From the NCBI GenBank assembly GCA_965226885.1, contig CBDDEL010000014.1, forward strand, positions 160,001-224,000: a DNA stretch of 64,000 nt, read 5' to 3'. Made by a program: the position numbers and the translations under genes. The notes under the pieces are model-generated. The model was given only the letters and a program-made list of their open reading frames with translations, was not told where the DNA came from and did no database searches. This DNA comes from Opitutales bacterium. Its GTDB lineage: Bacteria; Verrucomicrobiota; Verrucomicrobiia; Opitutales; UBA2987. Shown here piece after piece: positions 10,107-20,002 of the stretch (the first letter of the stretch is position 1; each line of letters starts with the position of its first letter).

Positions 10107-11966
10107 TCAGGCGGGAACGAGGTCTTTCTCGGTAGTTTGATCCGGTTTTGAGTCCATAAATGTTGTTACCGTTTCGGGTTTCATCAGATCGACGGTGGCG
10201 GGGTTTTCCTGAAAGCGGCGAATAATGTCTTGCATTCCGGTGCGCCGCAGAAAGGCGCCCAAATCCTCGGCTTCGCTGCGGTTTTCAAGGTAAAACCGAA
10301 AAAGGACGTCGATGACGCCGGGGATCCGATCGAGGGGCACTTTTCTCAGGTAAAGCTGCGAGCCGTCAGTTGAGAGGACGGGCACTCCCTGAAAACGCCC
10401 GTCTGCCGAGCCGAGGAGCCTGATTTGGTAGCGGCCACTGCCGGAACCGATCAACCCGATGGTTTTGGTCGCCGGGCGGAAGCATTGGCGCTCGCACCCG
10501 GTTACACCGATCGATTCGGTCATGCCGCCCCAGCCGAGTTTTTCCAATTGGTCGATTAGGAGGGGTTCGATTTTTTCAGATTCGGTGTAGGCCAGGCGGC
10601 AGGTATCCAGGCCGACGCAGGCGCCCGATCGTAACCGGAGCGCCGAGTAGTCCGACCCATTGCGCGAGCCGTAGCCATGTTCCTTCAGGTCGGAAGTAAA
10701 CTCCTCTTTCGCTTCCGATGGAAGGCCTGCGAAGATCAGGTCCTGGTTCGGTGTGAATCGAAGTTCCACCGGATATTTGTCCATGATGAATCGAACCAGA
10801 GTTTTTAAACGGCCGTTGGGGCTATCGTCCGTCAACCGCCCGTTTTCGATGAATAATCCGTAATTAACCATATCATCGTCGGGATGATCCAGCCAGCCGT
10901 GGTGCAGGTGGCGTTTACCGATATCGTGGTCTGTATGGGGGGCATCGAGGGAGAAACCGGCAATATCCTCAACCTGGCGGCGGTACCAATCGATCCCCTG
11001 GGCTTTGACGACGTATTTGAGGCGCGCCCAATGCCGGTTTTGGCGGTCTCCCCAGGTTTGATGGACCTGCACGATGGCGTCGAGAATGGGCAGGAGGTTT
11101 GCTTCGGAAGCCTGGGCAAAGGGCTTGGCAAAGGCGGACATGGTCGGTTTGCCGTTCTTCTCGCCCTGGCCCCCGCCAATGTAGATTTGAAAACCTTGCA
11201 GCTTTTCCTGGCGCACCAACGGGGCAATTCCAAGGTCGTGGGTGAGCAGCTCGACGCAATTGTCGGGAATCAATAAACCAGTGGTTTTGTCGCGGATATG
11301 CGCGGAAATGCCGATTTTAAATTTTCGATTGAGGAGCTGCTTGCCGTATTTGAAGGATTTGCTGTCATCGCGAACGGCTTCCGGGTCGATGGCGAAAATC
11401 TTGACAAAAGGTTCTGCCGGCAGACGGAAAAAGCTGGTCAGCTGCTGGGCCAGCCGGTTGCCATTGAAGGTATCGCTGAACGAAGCCAGAGGGCAGGCCA
11501 TGACATTGCGGACATTGTCGCCGCAGCCATTGATGCTGTAGAGTCCGCTATGGGCCAGGGTGCGCACAATTTCAATAACATCCTGTTTCCTGACCCAGTG
11601 AAACTGGAGGTTCTGCCGGGTGGTAATGCGTAGCGAAGGCCGGTGTTCAGCGGCATGGGCATAGCGCTCGGATAAATCATCGAGGACCCGCCATTGCTCA
11701 CTTGTAATGGGGCCGCCACCGGGAATCGAAACGCGGATCATATAAACCCAATCCTTTTCCCGGCCCGTCCTGGCCCGGTTGTATTCGAGGTAGATGCCGT
11801 AGGATTTGCTCAGTTGCTCGGCTTCCCAGGCCAGCTTGGGATCGTCCTGGCGCAACTCTTCGTAAAGATCGCCACGCACTCCGTTGGAAGCCGCTTTGTT
11901 GAGCTCTTCTCGCGAGTGATCCTGCTGTGGGGTCAGGAAATTGGGTTCGAAAAATTTCTTTTTCAC
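10107..11966 (-). CDS. cysI: Siroheme sulfite reductase hemoprotein (CysI/Sir family)
   Basis: RITTRQNLQFH, GCGDNVRNV, RKFKIG, ACVGLDTC...TGCERQC siroheme/4Fe-4S ligands. Confidence 0.88.
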   Translation of the reverse strand: MKKKFFEPNFLTPQQDHSREELNKAASNGVRGDLYEELRQDDPKLAWEAEQLSKSYGIYLEYNRARTGREKDWVYMIRVSIPGGGPITSEQWRVLDDLSERYAHAAEHRPSLRITTRQNLQFHWVRKQDVIEIVRTLAHSGLYSINGCGDNVRNVMACPLASFSDTFNGNRLAQQLTSFFRLPAEPFVKIFAIDPEAVRDDSKSFKYGKQLLNRKFKIGISAHIRDKTTGLLIPDNCVELLTHDLGIAPLVRQEKLQGFQIYIGGGQGEKNGKPTMSAFAKPFAQASEANLLPILDAIVQVHQTWGDRQNRHWARLKYVVKAQGIDWYRRQVEDIAGFSLDAPHTDHDIGKRHLHHGWLDHPDDDMVNYGLFIENGRLTDDSPNGRLKTLVRFIMDKYPVELRFTPNQDLIFAGLPSEAKEEFTSDLKEHGYGSRNGSDYSALRLRSGACVGLDTCRLAYTESEKIEPLLIDQLEKLGWGGMTESIGVTGCERQCFRPATKTIGLIGSGSGRYQIRLLGSADGRFQGVPVLSTDGSQLYLRKVPLDRIPGVIDVLFRFYLENRSEAEDLGAFLRRTGMQDIIRRFQENPATVDLMKPETVTTFMDSKPDQTTEKDLVPA

Positions 11967-12041
11967 TTTGAAGGGATTTCGTTTGGAGGTTATCTTTTTA
12001 AATCTTTGGAAAGTGGAACTAAACGCTGGAATGGCCTGAGA

Positions 12042-12254
12042 TTACTTATGTTGACTGAGGGTCCCGATAATTTCGTCTCGCCGCTGCCGGGCTTCGGCCA
12101 GGGATTTTGTGCCCAGAGAATGGCGGATCCGCTTTTTCGTCAGATAAGTTGGGTGAACGGTATAGTGAATGAACCATGTTCCATTATTGTTCCACAGGTG
12201 GTGGTTGGGATTATCGAGAGAAAACCTCAAGGCTTTGGGGTGATCTGTTTTCAT
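12042..12254 (-). CDS. Small basic hypothetical protein (70 aa), first gene after the attenuator
   Basis: Clean ORF between terminator and sulfite reductase. The RHSLGTKSLAEARQRRD segment resembles integrase arm-type DNA-binding domains. Confidence 0.7.
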   Translation of the reverse strand: MKTDHPKALRFSLDNPNHHLWNNNGTWFIHYTVHPTYLTKKRIRHSLGTKSLAEARQRRDEIIGTLSQHK

Positions 12255-12312
12255 GTTGGATTTGCTATTTGCTTATTAAAGTGAAGTGAAATTGCGGGTG
12301 AATGTTTTGAAT

Positions 12313-12356
12313 AAAAACAAAAAAAGCCCCGCAGCTTGAGGAGGCTGCGGGGCTTT
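12313..12356 (-). terminator. Intrinsic terminator in the 5' leader of the sulfur operon (attenuator)
   Basis: Minus strand AAAGCCCCGCAGC-CTCCTCAA-GCTGCGGGGCTTT, ending in TTTTTTTGTTTTT. Confidence 0.9.
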
Positions 12357-12397
12357 AAAAAGTTAGTTCAGGTCTTATTATATTTTACCTGGTCGCT

Positions 12398-12535
12398 CTA
12401 TTTGATGGCACAGCCGTTCTCCTGTTGTTGGTTGATGCAACAGCACATAATCGCCATAATTATACAAATCCATGCCCCCGCCTTCGATATGAAGGGGATT
12501 TCAATGAATCCGAAACGATGTGTGTCAATAGACAT
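12398..12535 (-). CDS. Putative Cys/Met-rich leader peptide (45 aa)
   Basis: MSIDTHRFGFIEIPFISKAGAWICIIMAIMCCCINQQQENGCAIK*. Ends 41 nt before the terminator, and its 3' end is complementary to the terminator 5' arm. Confidence 0.75.
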   Translation of the reverse strand: MSIDTHRFGFIEIPFISKAGAWICIIMAIMCCCINQQQENGCAIK

Positions 12536-12559
12536 GCTCAAAATAATAATTCGACGGGT

Positions 12560-12588
12560 ATTTATCGGTTGAGAGTCTCTCAAGTCAA
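12560..12588 (-). promoter_or_regulatory. Putative promoter with a 15-bp palindrome
   Basis: TTGACT (-35-like, 12583-12588) followed by TTGAGAG-A-CTCTCAA (12569-12583). The -10 match is weak. Confidence 0.4.
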
Positions 12589-12638
12589 GAGAGATTCCCA
12601 AAAAACTGTGTCATAAAATTTTTCTCGGTCAAATCCGT

Positions 12639-12676
12639 CTTTAAGCAAACCTGCTGCCTTTAAGCAAACCTGCTGC
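12639..12676. repeat. 19-bp tandem duplication (intergenic)
   Basis: CTTTAAGCAAACCTGCTGC x2. Confidence 0.95.
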
Positions 12677-12706
12677 AATTGCGTCATAGAATAATGAAAT
12701 ATGAAC

Positions 12707-13732
12707 CTACGGTTCACTGATCTCATCCATTCGGAGGAAGCGGGCGGCGTTGTTATAAAAGATGTCGCGCTTTTGTTCCTCAGACAGGAAATCGGCCGAT
12801 TCAATTCCGTCGATCGCCATTTCAATGGCTTCGGGCCAGAACAATTGGTCTGAGCCAAACATGAGGCGCTTGCCATAACCGGCCCGCATAAGACCCTTGA
12901 GGTAGTAGTGAAACTCTTCCCGCGGCCACAGCCATGGGAGGGTCGCCAGGTCGACATAAACTTGGGGATAGTTGTGCAACAAGGCCTTGATTTCCTGCAA
13001 GTAGGGCCAACCCGCGTGCATGACGTAGAGGCGTAATTTCGGGTGCCGTACCAGAACTTCCTCTAATTCCAGGGGGTTGCCGAGGGACATGCGCAAAGGC
13101 GAGGGGCCTTGTTGAGTCCCCGGTCCCATGTGCACGCCAACGGGCAGGTCTAACTCCTCAGCCAGGGCAAAATAGGGCTCCAAAGCAGGATCGCTGGGAG
13201 AAAGCCCCTGAAATTGGGTCGTTACTTCTCCCAGCGCTCCCAGTTTCCCAGCCAGGTAATCGGCTCGGAGGGAGGTTATATTATAGTGCGGGTCCTGGGG
13301 GGAGGTTTTACCGTTGATCATGGGCGAGGCTATAATTCGGTCGGGCGCCGCTGCCTTCCACTTATCGAGAAGTTCTCGATCCGGTCCGCAAAGGATAGCT
13401 TTAACGATGTTGAAACGTTTAAGGTTTGCAACGGAGGCTTCCATGATTGCCTCGGTGGAGATGGCTGCGGAAGGCTTGCCTGTGATTGGATTGAGCTTAC
13501 CCGGTGGGCCCAGAAAATCCGCCGGAAAAGCATGCAGATGCATGTCGATTATCGGACCCCTTGATTTCGGTTCAGCTCCAATTACACTCTGCAATGAGAA
13601 AATGAAAATTAAAAGCAGCCCGATTACTGTCGATGCCGGATGACAACCGGATTGTGAACGGAATGATAAACAAAATTTTATCATATTTCGATTCTTATAA
13701 TGGTATTCGACCAACTCCAACTCCTGTTCCAT
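12707..13732 (-). CDS. Amidohydrolase_2 family metallohydrolase, probably exported (true start may be ~13684)
   Basis: IIDMHLH, LPVGVH, VMHAGWP, LMFGSD, FYNNAARF. Hydrophobic N-terminus. Confidence 0.85.
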   Translation of the reverse strand: MEQELELVEYHYKNRNMIKFCLSFRSQSGCHPASTVIGLLLIFIFSLQSVIGAEPKSRGPIIDMHLHAFPADFLGPPGKLNPITGKPSAAISTEAIMEASVANLKRFNIVKAILCGPDRELLDKWKAAAPDRIIASPMINGKTSPQDPHYNITSLRADYLAGKLGALGEVTTQFQGLSPSDPALEPYFALAEELDLPVGVHMGPGTQQGPSPLRMSLGNPLELEEVLVRHPKLRLYVMHAGWPYLQEIKALLHNYPQVYVDLATLPWLWPREEFHYYLKGLMRAGYGKRLMFGSDQLFWPEAIEMAIDGIESADFLSEEQKRDIFYNNAARFLRMDEISEP

Positions 13733-13833
13733 ATACGGCAGGATTAACTAGATGAAATGCTGAATGCCGGCGATAAAAGGAATTACCAATATTTTAGCTG
13801 ACTGATCAGACATTGTGATTTTGGAACAAGCAG

Positions 13834-16064
13834 TTAATTTGCGGATAAATCGGGAGGAACGCTGAAAAGGCTGCCGTCGTCAAACCTTTGGAAAAAACGG
13901 CTATAGGGATTATTGTCCTCGAAAGTCCAAACCCAGCCGGGGTTTGCGCCGTATAGATACATCCAGCGGTAGGTGTTTTGGTTGAGAAATATCCAGTTTA
14001 TCAAACCAAAATCAAAAAGAAAGATTCCATCGCTGTTGCTGTTCTCAGAAACGAATTGCCAGCCGTGTTCGTCGTGATAAATCCAAGGCCAGGAATCCAC
14101 ATTATAGTTCTTATACCAAGAGGAGGTCCTCCAGCCGGGAAAGCCTTCTATGGGGGCTCCTCTAAACATAAGATCCGTTGGATCCTCGCTCAATTCTCTG
14201 AGTGTCATTTGGGCCGGGTCTATGACCAGACTGCTCAGACCCCGAGTTGCAAATTTCCATGGGGTATCTTTTATAAATATCAGATTGTCACGGCTTGTTG
14301 CCGTCGCATATTCCTTGAATGAGAGTGTCAGCCATGTCATCTCGGCTTCGGTATGCTGCCTGTCGCTGATAAAAAGAATCCCGACGTTCCAGCTTTTTTG
14401 ACTCTCGTTGTATGCGGGTTCTCTGACACCGAACTGGGCGATGAAGTCATCGATTGTAAAGGGGATCACTTCTTCCGCGGTTACCAGGGTTTCGCTGCAA
14501 ATTAGGCCATTCTCATTTGACTCACACCCATCAATATGCGGGTTGACCAATTTATAGTAGGTCTCCGTCACATCCTCGGGAGGAAGCAGTCCCATCATGT
14601 AGAGGAAGATGTCCGCCCAGACGTATCGCTGGTCATCGATCGGTTTGATCCTGAATTCCCCACTATCGTCAACCGTCAAGTAAACTTCCTCTCCATTCGG
14701 AGTCAGCACTGGGTATGGCCATCCCCGGGCGGGATCCCAAAACGGCCCGGATAGCTCCCCGGTTACCGTAGTATCCGAGTCCAGATGTTGACCGTCGCCA
14801 GCATTCCAGGCTCGGTTGCCCGCAGCGGGAAAATCATCGGCCTCCATCCCAAGAAGCCCATGCCCCAGTTCGTGAGTAAATCCCTCCGAAACGATGTAAT
14901 GATTGTCTAAAATTCCAATGAATTCCCGATGTTCTCTCCCATCAACAATCTCATAGCAGTGGGATCTTGGTTCGCATGGAGGTTTAAATCCCGTGTTCAC
15001 AATATTATCGTGGACGCGAATGTAGCCGCCGCCGGCGGTAGAATCACGATCCTGGATTATGAAGAAATCAAACACATCACCGGAGATGTCCCATGCCACC
15101 GCACAGGACAGACAAGTCTCCGGGGAGATCAAGTTCCACAGGTCGCTCCTTCTATCAGCATATTCGTCGCCAATGTTAATAAAATAGCCGGAATCCGTGG
15201 TGCGGACGTGTTGATTTACTTGAGTGTGATCCACCGTTCCACGAAGTGAAGTTGAAAGAACAATTGTACCAAAAAAATCGGTAAAAAGGTTACCACCGAG
15301 GGACTCCTCGTTTAAACTTAAACAGGACCGGGAATAGACGCCGTCATCAGCAATCGCGTCACCATGAGTTCCATCATCGTAGAGTTGATGGCGTCCTGCC
15401 TCGCCTTCGAGCAATAGTTCCCCATAGATTTCGGGGGTTTCAACCATGCCAGATCCTTCCACTGTTTCTGGATGGTAGAAGAGCGTAAATGTCTCATCGG
15501 AGAAAATAACCGAAGGTTCAATCTGGGTTTCTCCAGTTGGTAAGGCTGCGGCCTGGGCCTCGGCGACAGGCGACAACGCATCCTCGTCGCAACCTACAAC
15601 CCGCTGGGGTATGAAATCGACGCTGGTGACGCCTGCCATCCAGTCGTCTAGCAATTCACTCAGGAATTGAGTGTACCAAATCGCTTTCCACTCGGCCGAG
15701 GGGTCATCTCCGACCCATTCAACCGTAATATCCCCATTCCACCCCGGATTCGCAGGGTTCCAGGCGTCAACATCGCTATATTCTTGCGCATTCCAGACGT
15801 CAGATGGCAATCCTGGTTGGACGACCCAAGTTTTTCCGGCAAAGTAAAAGAGGTAGATTCCATTACTATTCTGAAAGACAGGCCGATCGGTACGAAATTG
15901 ACCGGTCAACCGGTCATAGTGTAATCGCCATTGTATTGATCTTGATCGAATCCACTAACTATTAAATAGGGTGGATCGGGGTCTTGCGCACGAGCCACAC
16001 CGACAAGGGAAATTCCAACAACAAGGGATATGACGGCAACGAATACTGAAGAGATACTACTCAT
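13834..16064 (-). pseudogene. Secreted HExxH metallopeptidase-like protein with C-terminal Trp-rich domain; signal-peptide part out of frame
   Basis: Signal peptide MSSISS...VARA. The 8-bp duplication ACCGGTCA at 15901-15916 breaks the frame. THELGH and LYDDGTHGDAIADDGVYS motifs. Confidence 0.75.
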
Positions 16065-16070
16065 GGATTG

Positions 16071-16106
16071 AAACGATTCGCGGTTTTCAAACGATTCGCG
16101 GTTTTC
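16071..16106. repeat. 18-bp tandem duplication (intergenic)
   Basis: AAACGATTCGCGGTTTTC x2. Confidence 0.95.
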
Positions 16107-16477
16107 ATAAGCATTTAAATTCGAGAACATTCTGACGCGGGGTACTAGCAAATGTGGGGCTTGGAAGAGTGAGGGAAATGTGGGGTTAACTTAGGACGTT
16201 TGTATTCCCTTATCCTTTTATGTAGCGATTTTCTCTATGCGGTCAATGAATTTGACGCCGCAGATGACTTTCCCGATCTGGTAGGAGCCGTCCCACCGCC
16301 TTGGCTGGGCCGTGTGGGTCTGTTTTAAGCCCACGGCAAGAGATGGCTGCGCGTACGCTGCGCTCTGGCCGATTTAATAAAAAGGTTTGTGCAATCCGCT
16401 ATGTCAATTTACGGTGTTTAAAGAAGCTTATCAACGCAACTACCCCGAATGTTAAATCTCATTTCAAGGAATCGTTT

Positions 16478-16885
16478 ATGAAGGATAAAGATCGTTTGCC
16501 CCTGGCCCTGCTGTTTATCCGTTTGAGCGTGTTTCTGGTGATGCTCATGTGGACCCTGGATAAAATCGTCAACCCCGAACATGCGGGTAGGGTTTATGAG
16601 AAATTTTATTTTATACCAGGCATGGGATCGACGGCGCTTTCGATTGTGGCCGGGCTGGAATTGCTTCTTATTCTCGGTTTCGTAGTCGGTTTTGCCAAGC
16701 GGTTTACCTACGGAGCGATGTTGGTATTCCACGCCGTTTCCACTCTATCCAGTTATGGCCAATACCTGGATCCATTCAAAAATCTACTCTTTTTCGCCGC
16801 CTGGCCCATGCTGGCCGCCTGTTTTGCCCTCTACCTTCTTCGCGATGAGGACACCCTGTGGGTTCTTGGCAGTAGGGGAAGGTAG
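16478..16885 (+). CDS. DoxX-like membrane protein
   Basis: Four hydrophobic segments. AAGGA precedes ATG 16478. Confidence 0.7.
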   Translation: MKDKDRLPLALLFIRLSVFLVMLMWTLDKIVNPEHAGRVYEKFYFIPGMGSTALSIVAGLELLLILGFVVGFAKRFTYGAMLVFHAVSTLSSYGQYLDPFKNLLFFAAWPMLAACFALYLLRDEDTLWVLGSRGR

Positions 16886-16986
16886 TAGGTTTCAGGTGTC
16901 GGGTGTCAGGATTCAGTATGGGGAATACAGGTCGGGCTTGCGTTTGAGGCTTGTTTTTGATTAAAGTTCAGCCATTGATCCAGCTT

Positions 16987-17835
16987 ATGAGATCCTCCAT
17001 CGCTTTTTACCTGCTTCTGTTTTGCCCAACTCTGTTCCTGTCTCCTTTGATGGCGGGAAAAAAGGCCGCCAATAATTACAGCCATGATTCCTTGCAGGCT
17101 ACTTTGTGGATGCAAACCTCGGCGGAATATAAGGCCGTAACTACAGGCATTTACAATTCGGCGAGGGAAAAACTGGTATTGGCTTTGCAGAATACCGATT
17201 GGACGGCCTCCGGCGAGCAAACGGGCAATTATCAGGATTTGCCGCCGGCTGTAATCCTCGACGTGGACGAAACGGTGTTGGACAACTCTCCTTATGCCGC
17301 CCGCCTTATTCGCAAGAGAGAGGGTTATACGCCGGAATCTTGGGCTCAATGGTGCGATGAGGCTCAGGCAGAGTCCATTCCCGGAGCATTGGAGTTCACG
17401 CGGTTTGCGGCCAGAAACGGGGTCGCCGTGTTCTATATTACGAACCGGAATTCCTCACTCGACGGGAGCACCCGGAAAAACCTTGAAAACAAGGGCTTTC
17501 CGCTGGACCCCAACATGGATACCGTGTTGACCAACGGGGAGAAGCCGAATTGGGGTTCTTCCAAAGTGGAACGCCGTCGGCATGTGGCGGAAAATTACAG
17601 GATTCTCTTGCTTTTCGGTGACGATTTTAACGATTTTGCACCAGTGCGCGAATCCTCCAGGGAGGAGCGCCAAAAAATTCTGGAAGAGGCCACCGGACGT
17701 TGGGGTGTGCGCTGGTTTCTCTTTCCCAATCCCACCTATGGCAGTTGGGAGCGCGCCCTCCGTATATCGGCGGATAGAAAAGATGCCAAAAAATACTACG
17801 AAGCCAAACTGCAATTACTGGATGCGGCTGAATGA
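16987..17835 (+). CDS. Class C acid phosphatase / 5'-nucleotidase e(P4) family (HAD)
   Basis: LDVDETVLDNS, ITNR, GDDFNDF, PNPTYGSWE. Signal peptide present. Confidence 0.9.
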   Translation: MRSSIAFYLLLFCPTLFLSPLMAGKKAANNYSHDSLQATLWMQTSAEYKAVTTGIYNSAREKLVLALQNTDWTASGEQTGNYQDLPPAVILDVDETVLDNSPYAARLIRKREGYTPESWAQWCDEAQAESIPGALEFTRFAARNGVAVFYITNRNSSLDGSTRKNLENKGFPLDPNMDTVLTNGEKPNWGSSKVERRRHVAENYRILLLFGDDFNDFAPVRESSREERQKILEEATGRWGVRWFLFPNPTYGSWERALRISADRKDAKKYYEAKLQLLDAAE

Positions 17836-17974
17836 AGGGCTGGATGCTGGATGCTAGATACTGGATGAAGAAAGATGAATTTTTAACCACGGATTACGCG
17901 GATGAACACAGATGATAATAAAAAGTCGTTAACTCCATTGCTCCGAAGCCCAAACCCTGAACCTGTAAATTTCG

Positions 17975-18820
17975 ATGCCTGATTCATCCCACTTTTATTC
18001 TGAAAAATGGCCGGTCAAGGCCTATAACAATCGGGATTTCATGAACGGTTCCGACGCCCGCTCCATCCGTGTGCAGTGCGAATTACTGGAACCCGAATAC
18101 CGGCTGGAAATGCTGGGGATTCGCAACACCATCGTCTTTTTTGGCTCCGCCCGTTTGAAATCACCGGAAGTGGCCGAGAAAAACCTCAATGTGTTGCAGG
18201 AAAAGGTCGAAAAATCGGAATCCCAAAGCGAGGAATGGGAAGAAAAGCTTTCGGCTGCCAAGCGGGATGTGCGCACCTCGGTCTATTACCGGGTAGCGTC
18301 AGAGTTGGCCAATAAAATCACCCGATGGTCCCTCACCATCCGCGACCCCTTGGAGCGCTTCCTGATTTGCTCCGGTGGCGGTCCCGGCATTATGGAAGCA
18401 GCCAACCGGGGCGCTTCCGAGGCGGGGGGGCGATCCATCGGGTTGGGCATCAGCCTTCCCTTTGAGCAGGGCAATAACCCTTACATTTCAAGGGACTTGA
18501 ATTTTGAATTTCACTACTTCTTCGTGCGTAAATACTGGTTCCTCTACCTGGCCAAAGTCCTCCTGGTATTCCCGGGCGGCTTTGGCACCATGGACGAGTT
18601 GTTCGAGGTTTTGACCCTTATCCAGACCAAGAAAATTGAGAAACGTATTCCTATTATTCTTTTCGGGTCGGAGTTTTGGAAAGAGGTGATTAATTTTAAA
18701 TCCCTCTGCAAGTGGGGGGTCATTTCGGAAAAGGACCTGGACCTGTTCCAGATAATGGATTCGGTGGAGGATATCTATGAATTCATCGTCAAGGAAATGA
18801 CCGAGCATTACCTGAGTTGA
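17975..18820 (+). CDS. LOG family (lysine decarboxylase-like Rossmann fold) protein
   Basis: FFGSAR, SGGGPGIMEAANRGA, PGGFGTMDE motifs. Confidence 0.88.
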   Translation: MPDSSHFYSEKWPVKAYNNRDFMNGSDARSIRVQCELLEPEYRLEMLGIRNTIVFFGSARLKSPEVAEKNLNVLQEKVEKSESQSEEWEEKLSAAKRDVRTSVYYRVASELANKITRWSLTIRDPLERFLICSGGGPGIMEAANRGASEAGGRSIGLGISLPFEQGNNPYISRDLNFEFHYFFVRKYWFLYLAKVLLVFPGGFGTMDELFEVLTLIQTKKIEKRIPIILFGSEFWKEVINFKSLCKWGVISEKDLDLFQIMDSVEDIYEFIVKEMTEHYLS

Positions 18821-18830
18821 GGAGCCGGCC

Positions 18831-20002
18831 ATGAAAAAGGAGACGCTGGTCAGCCATCAACCCCCGGTGCGGCCGGAGCCCGAAAACGCGCCTTTGGTGG
18901 AGCCGATTCACCGGTCGGTCAAATTTACTTTCCCTTCGGTGGAGGAAATGGCAAAGTTTTTGCGAGGGGACAGGGAGGGCTATTTTTACTCCCGCTATGC
19001 CAATCCCACGCTGCGGCAGTTGGAGTTGCTCCTGTGCCGTTTGCAGGACCGCGATGACGCCCTCGCCACCAGCAGCGGAGTAACGGCCATCACGCTTTGC
19101 CTCCTGTCCTTGCTCAAGCAGGGAGACCATGTGGTGATGTTTGTCGAAACCTATCGGCCGACCCGTTACATCGTGCGCAATCTCCTGGCCAGGTTCGGCG
19201 TAACTAATTCGCTCCTGTCGATCAAAGACCATCGGAGAATTGCTCGCCAACTGGCGCGGAAAAAAACACGGCTCATTATTTTCGAAACTCCCACCAACCC
19301 CATGACCTGGATCGCGGACCTCGATTTCATAATCGGGCAAGCCAAAAAAAACCATGTCCTGACCTTGCTCGACAGCACCTTTGCCGGGTTGCACAACTAT
19401 GGTCAATATGGCATTGATCTCTTTCTGCACAGTCTGACCAAATATGCCTCGGGCCATGGGGACGCTCTGGGCGGGGCCGTTATCGGCAACAAAGAACTCA
19501 TTTCATCCATGCGGCCCGATTATGCCGCCACCGGCGCAGCCCTCACCCCGGATTCCGCTTATTTGATTCTTCGCGGGCTCAAGACGTATTTTTTGCGTTA
19601 TAGCCGTCAATGCGAGAATGCCCAACAAATAGCGGCTTTTCTGGAAGAACACGAACGTGTGGAAAAGGTTTTTTACCCTGGCCTTAAATCACACCCGGAT
19701 CACCAATTGGCCAAAAAGCAAATGCAGGATTTTGGCGGAATCGTGGCTTTTTACCTGTGCGGAAATGAGAGGCAAATGTACGCCTTTATCGATTCTCTGC
19801 GTTTGTTCCGTTTGGCCGCCAGTCTTGGGTCAACCGAGTCGATGGTGACCCCGGGCAAACTGTTTTCGCTTCCGATCTGGAAGCGGAGGAACGGGAACTG
19901 GGCGGTGTAGGAGATACCACCGTGAGGTTTTCCGTGGGCATTGAAGACCCTGACGACCTGATGGCGGATATTGAGCAGGCTTTAGATAAGGCCTTTTCCT
20001 GA
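18831..20002 (+). pseudogene. Cys/Met metabolism PLP enzyme (cystathionine gamma-synthase/lyase family) with 1-bp frameshift near 19863-19866
   Basis: YSRYANPT, HSLTKYASGHGD, AASLG. The C-terminal VRFSVGIEDPDDL lies in another frame. Confidence 0.78.

Noticed and set aside
12255..12700. SAM riboswitch or T-box upstream of the sulfur/met operon
   Set aside because: I found no SAM-I or T-box consensus by eye, and the leader peptide plus antiterminator explains the terminator. An Rfam scan would confirm.
16281..16372. REP-like GTAG element
   Set aside because: Single weak instance with no clear partner stem or second copy in the window.
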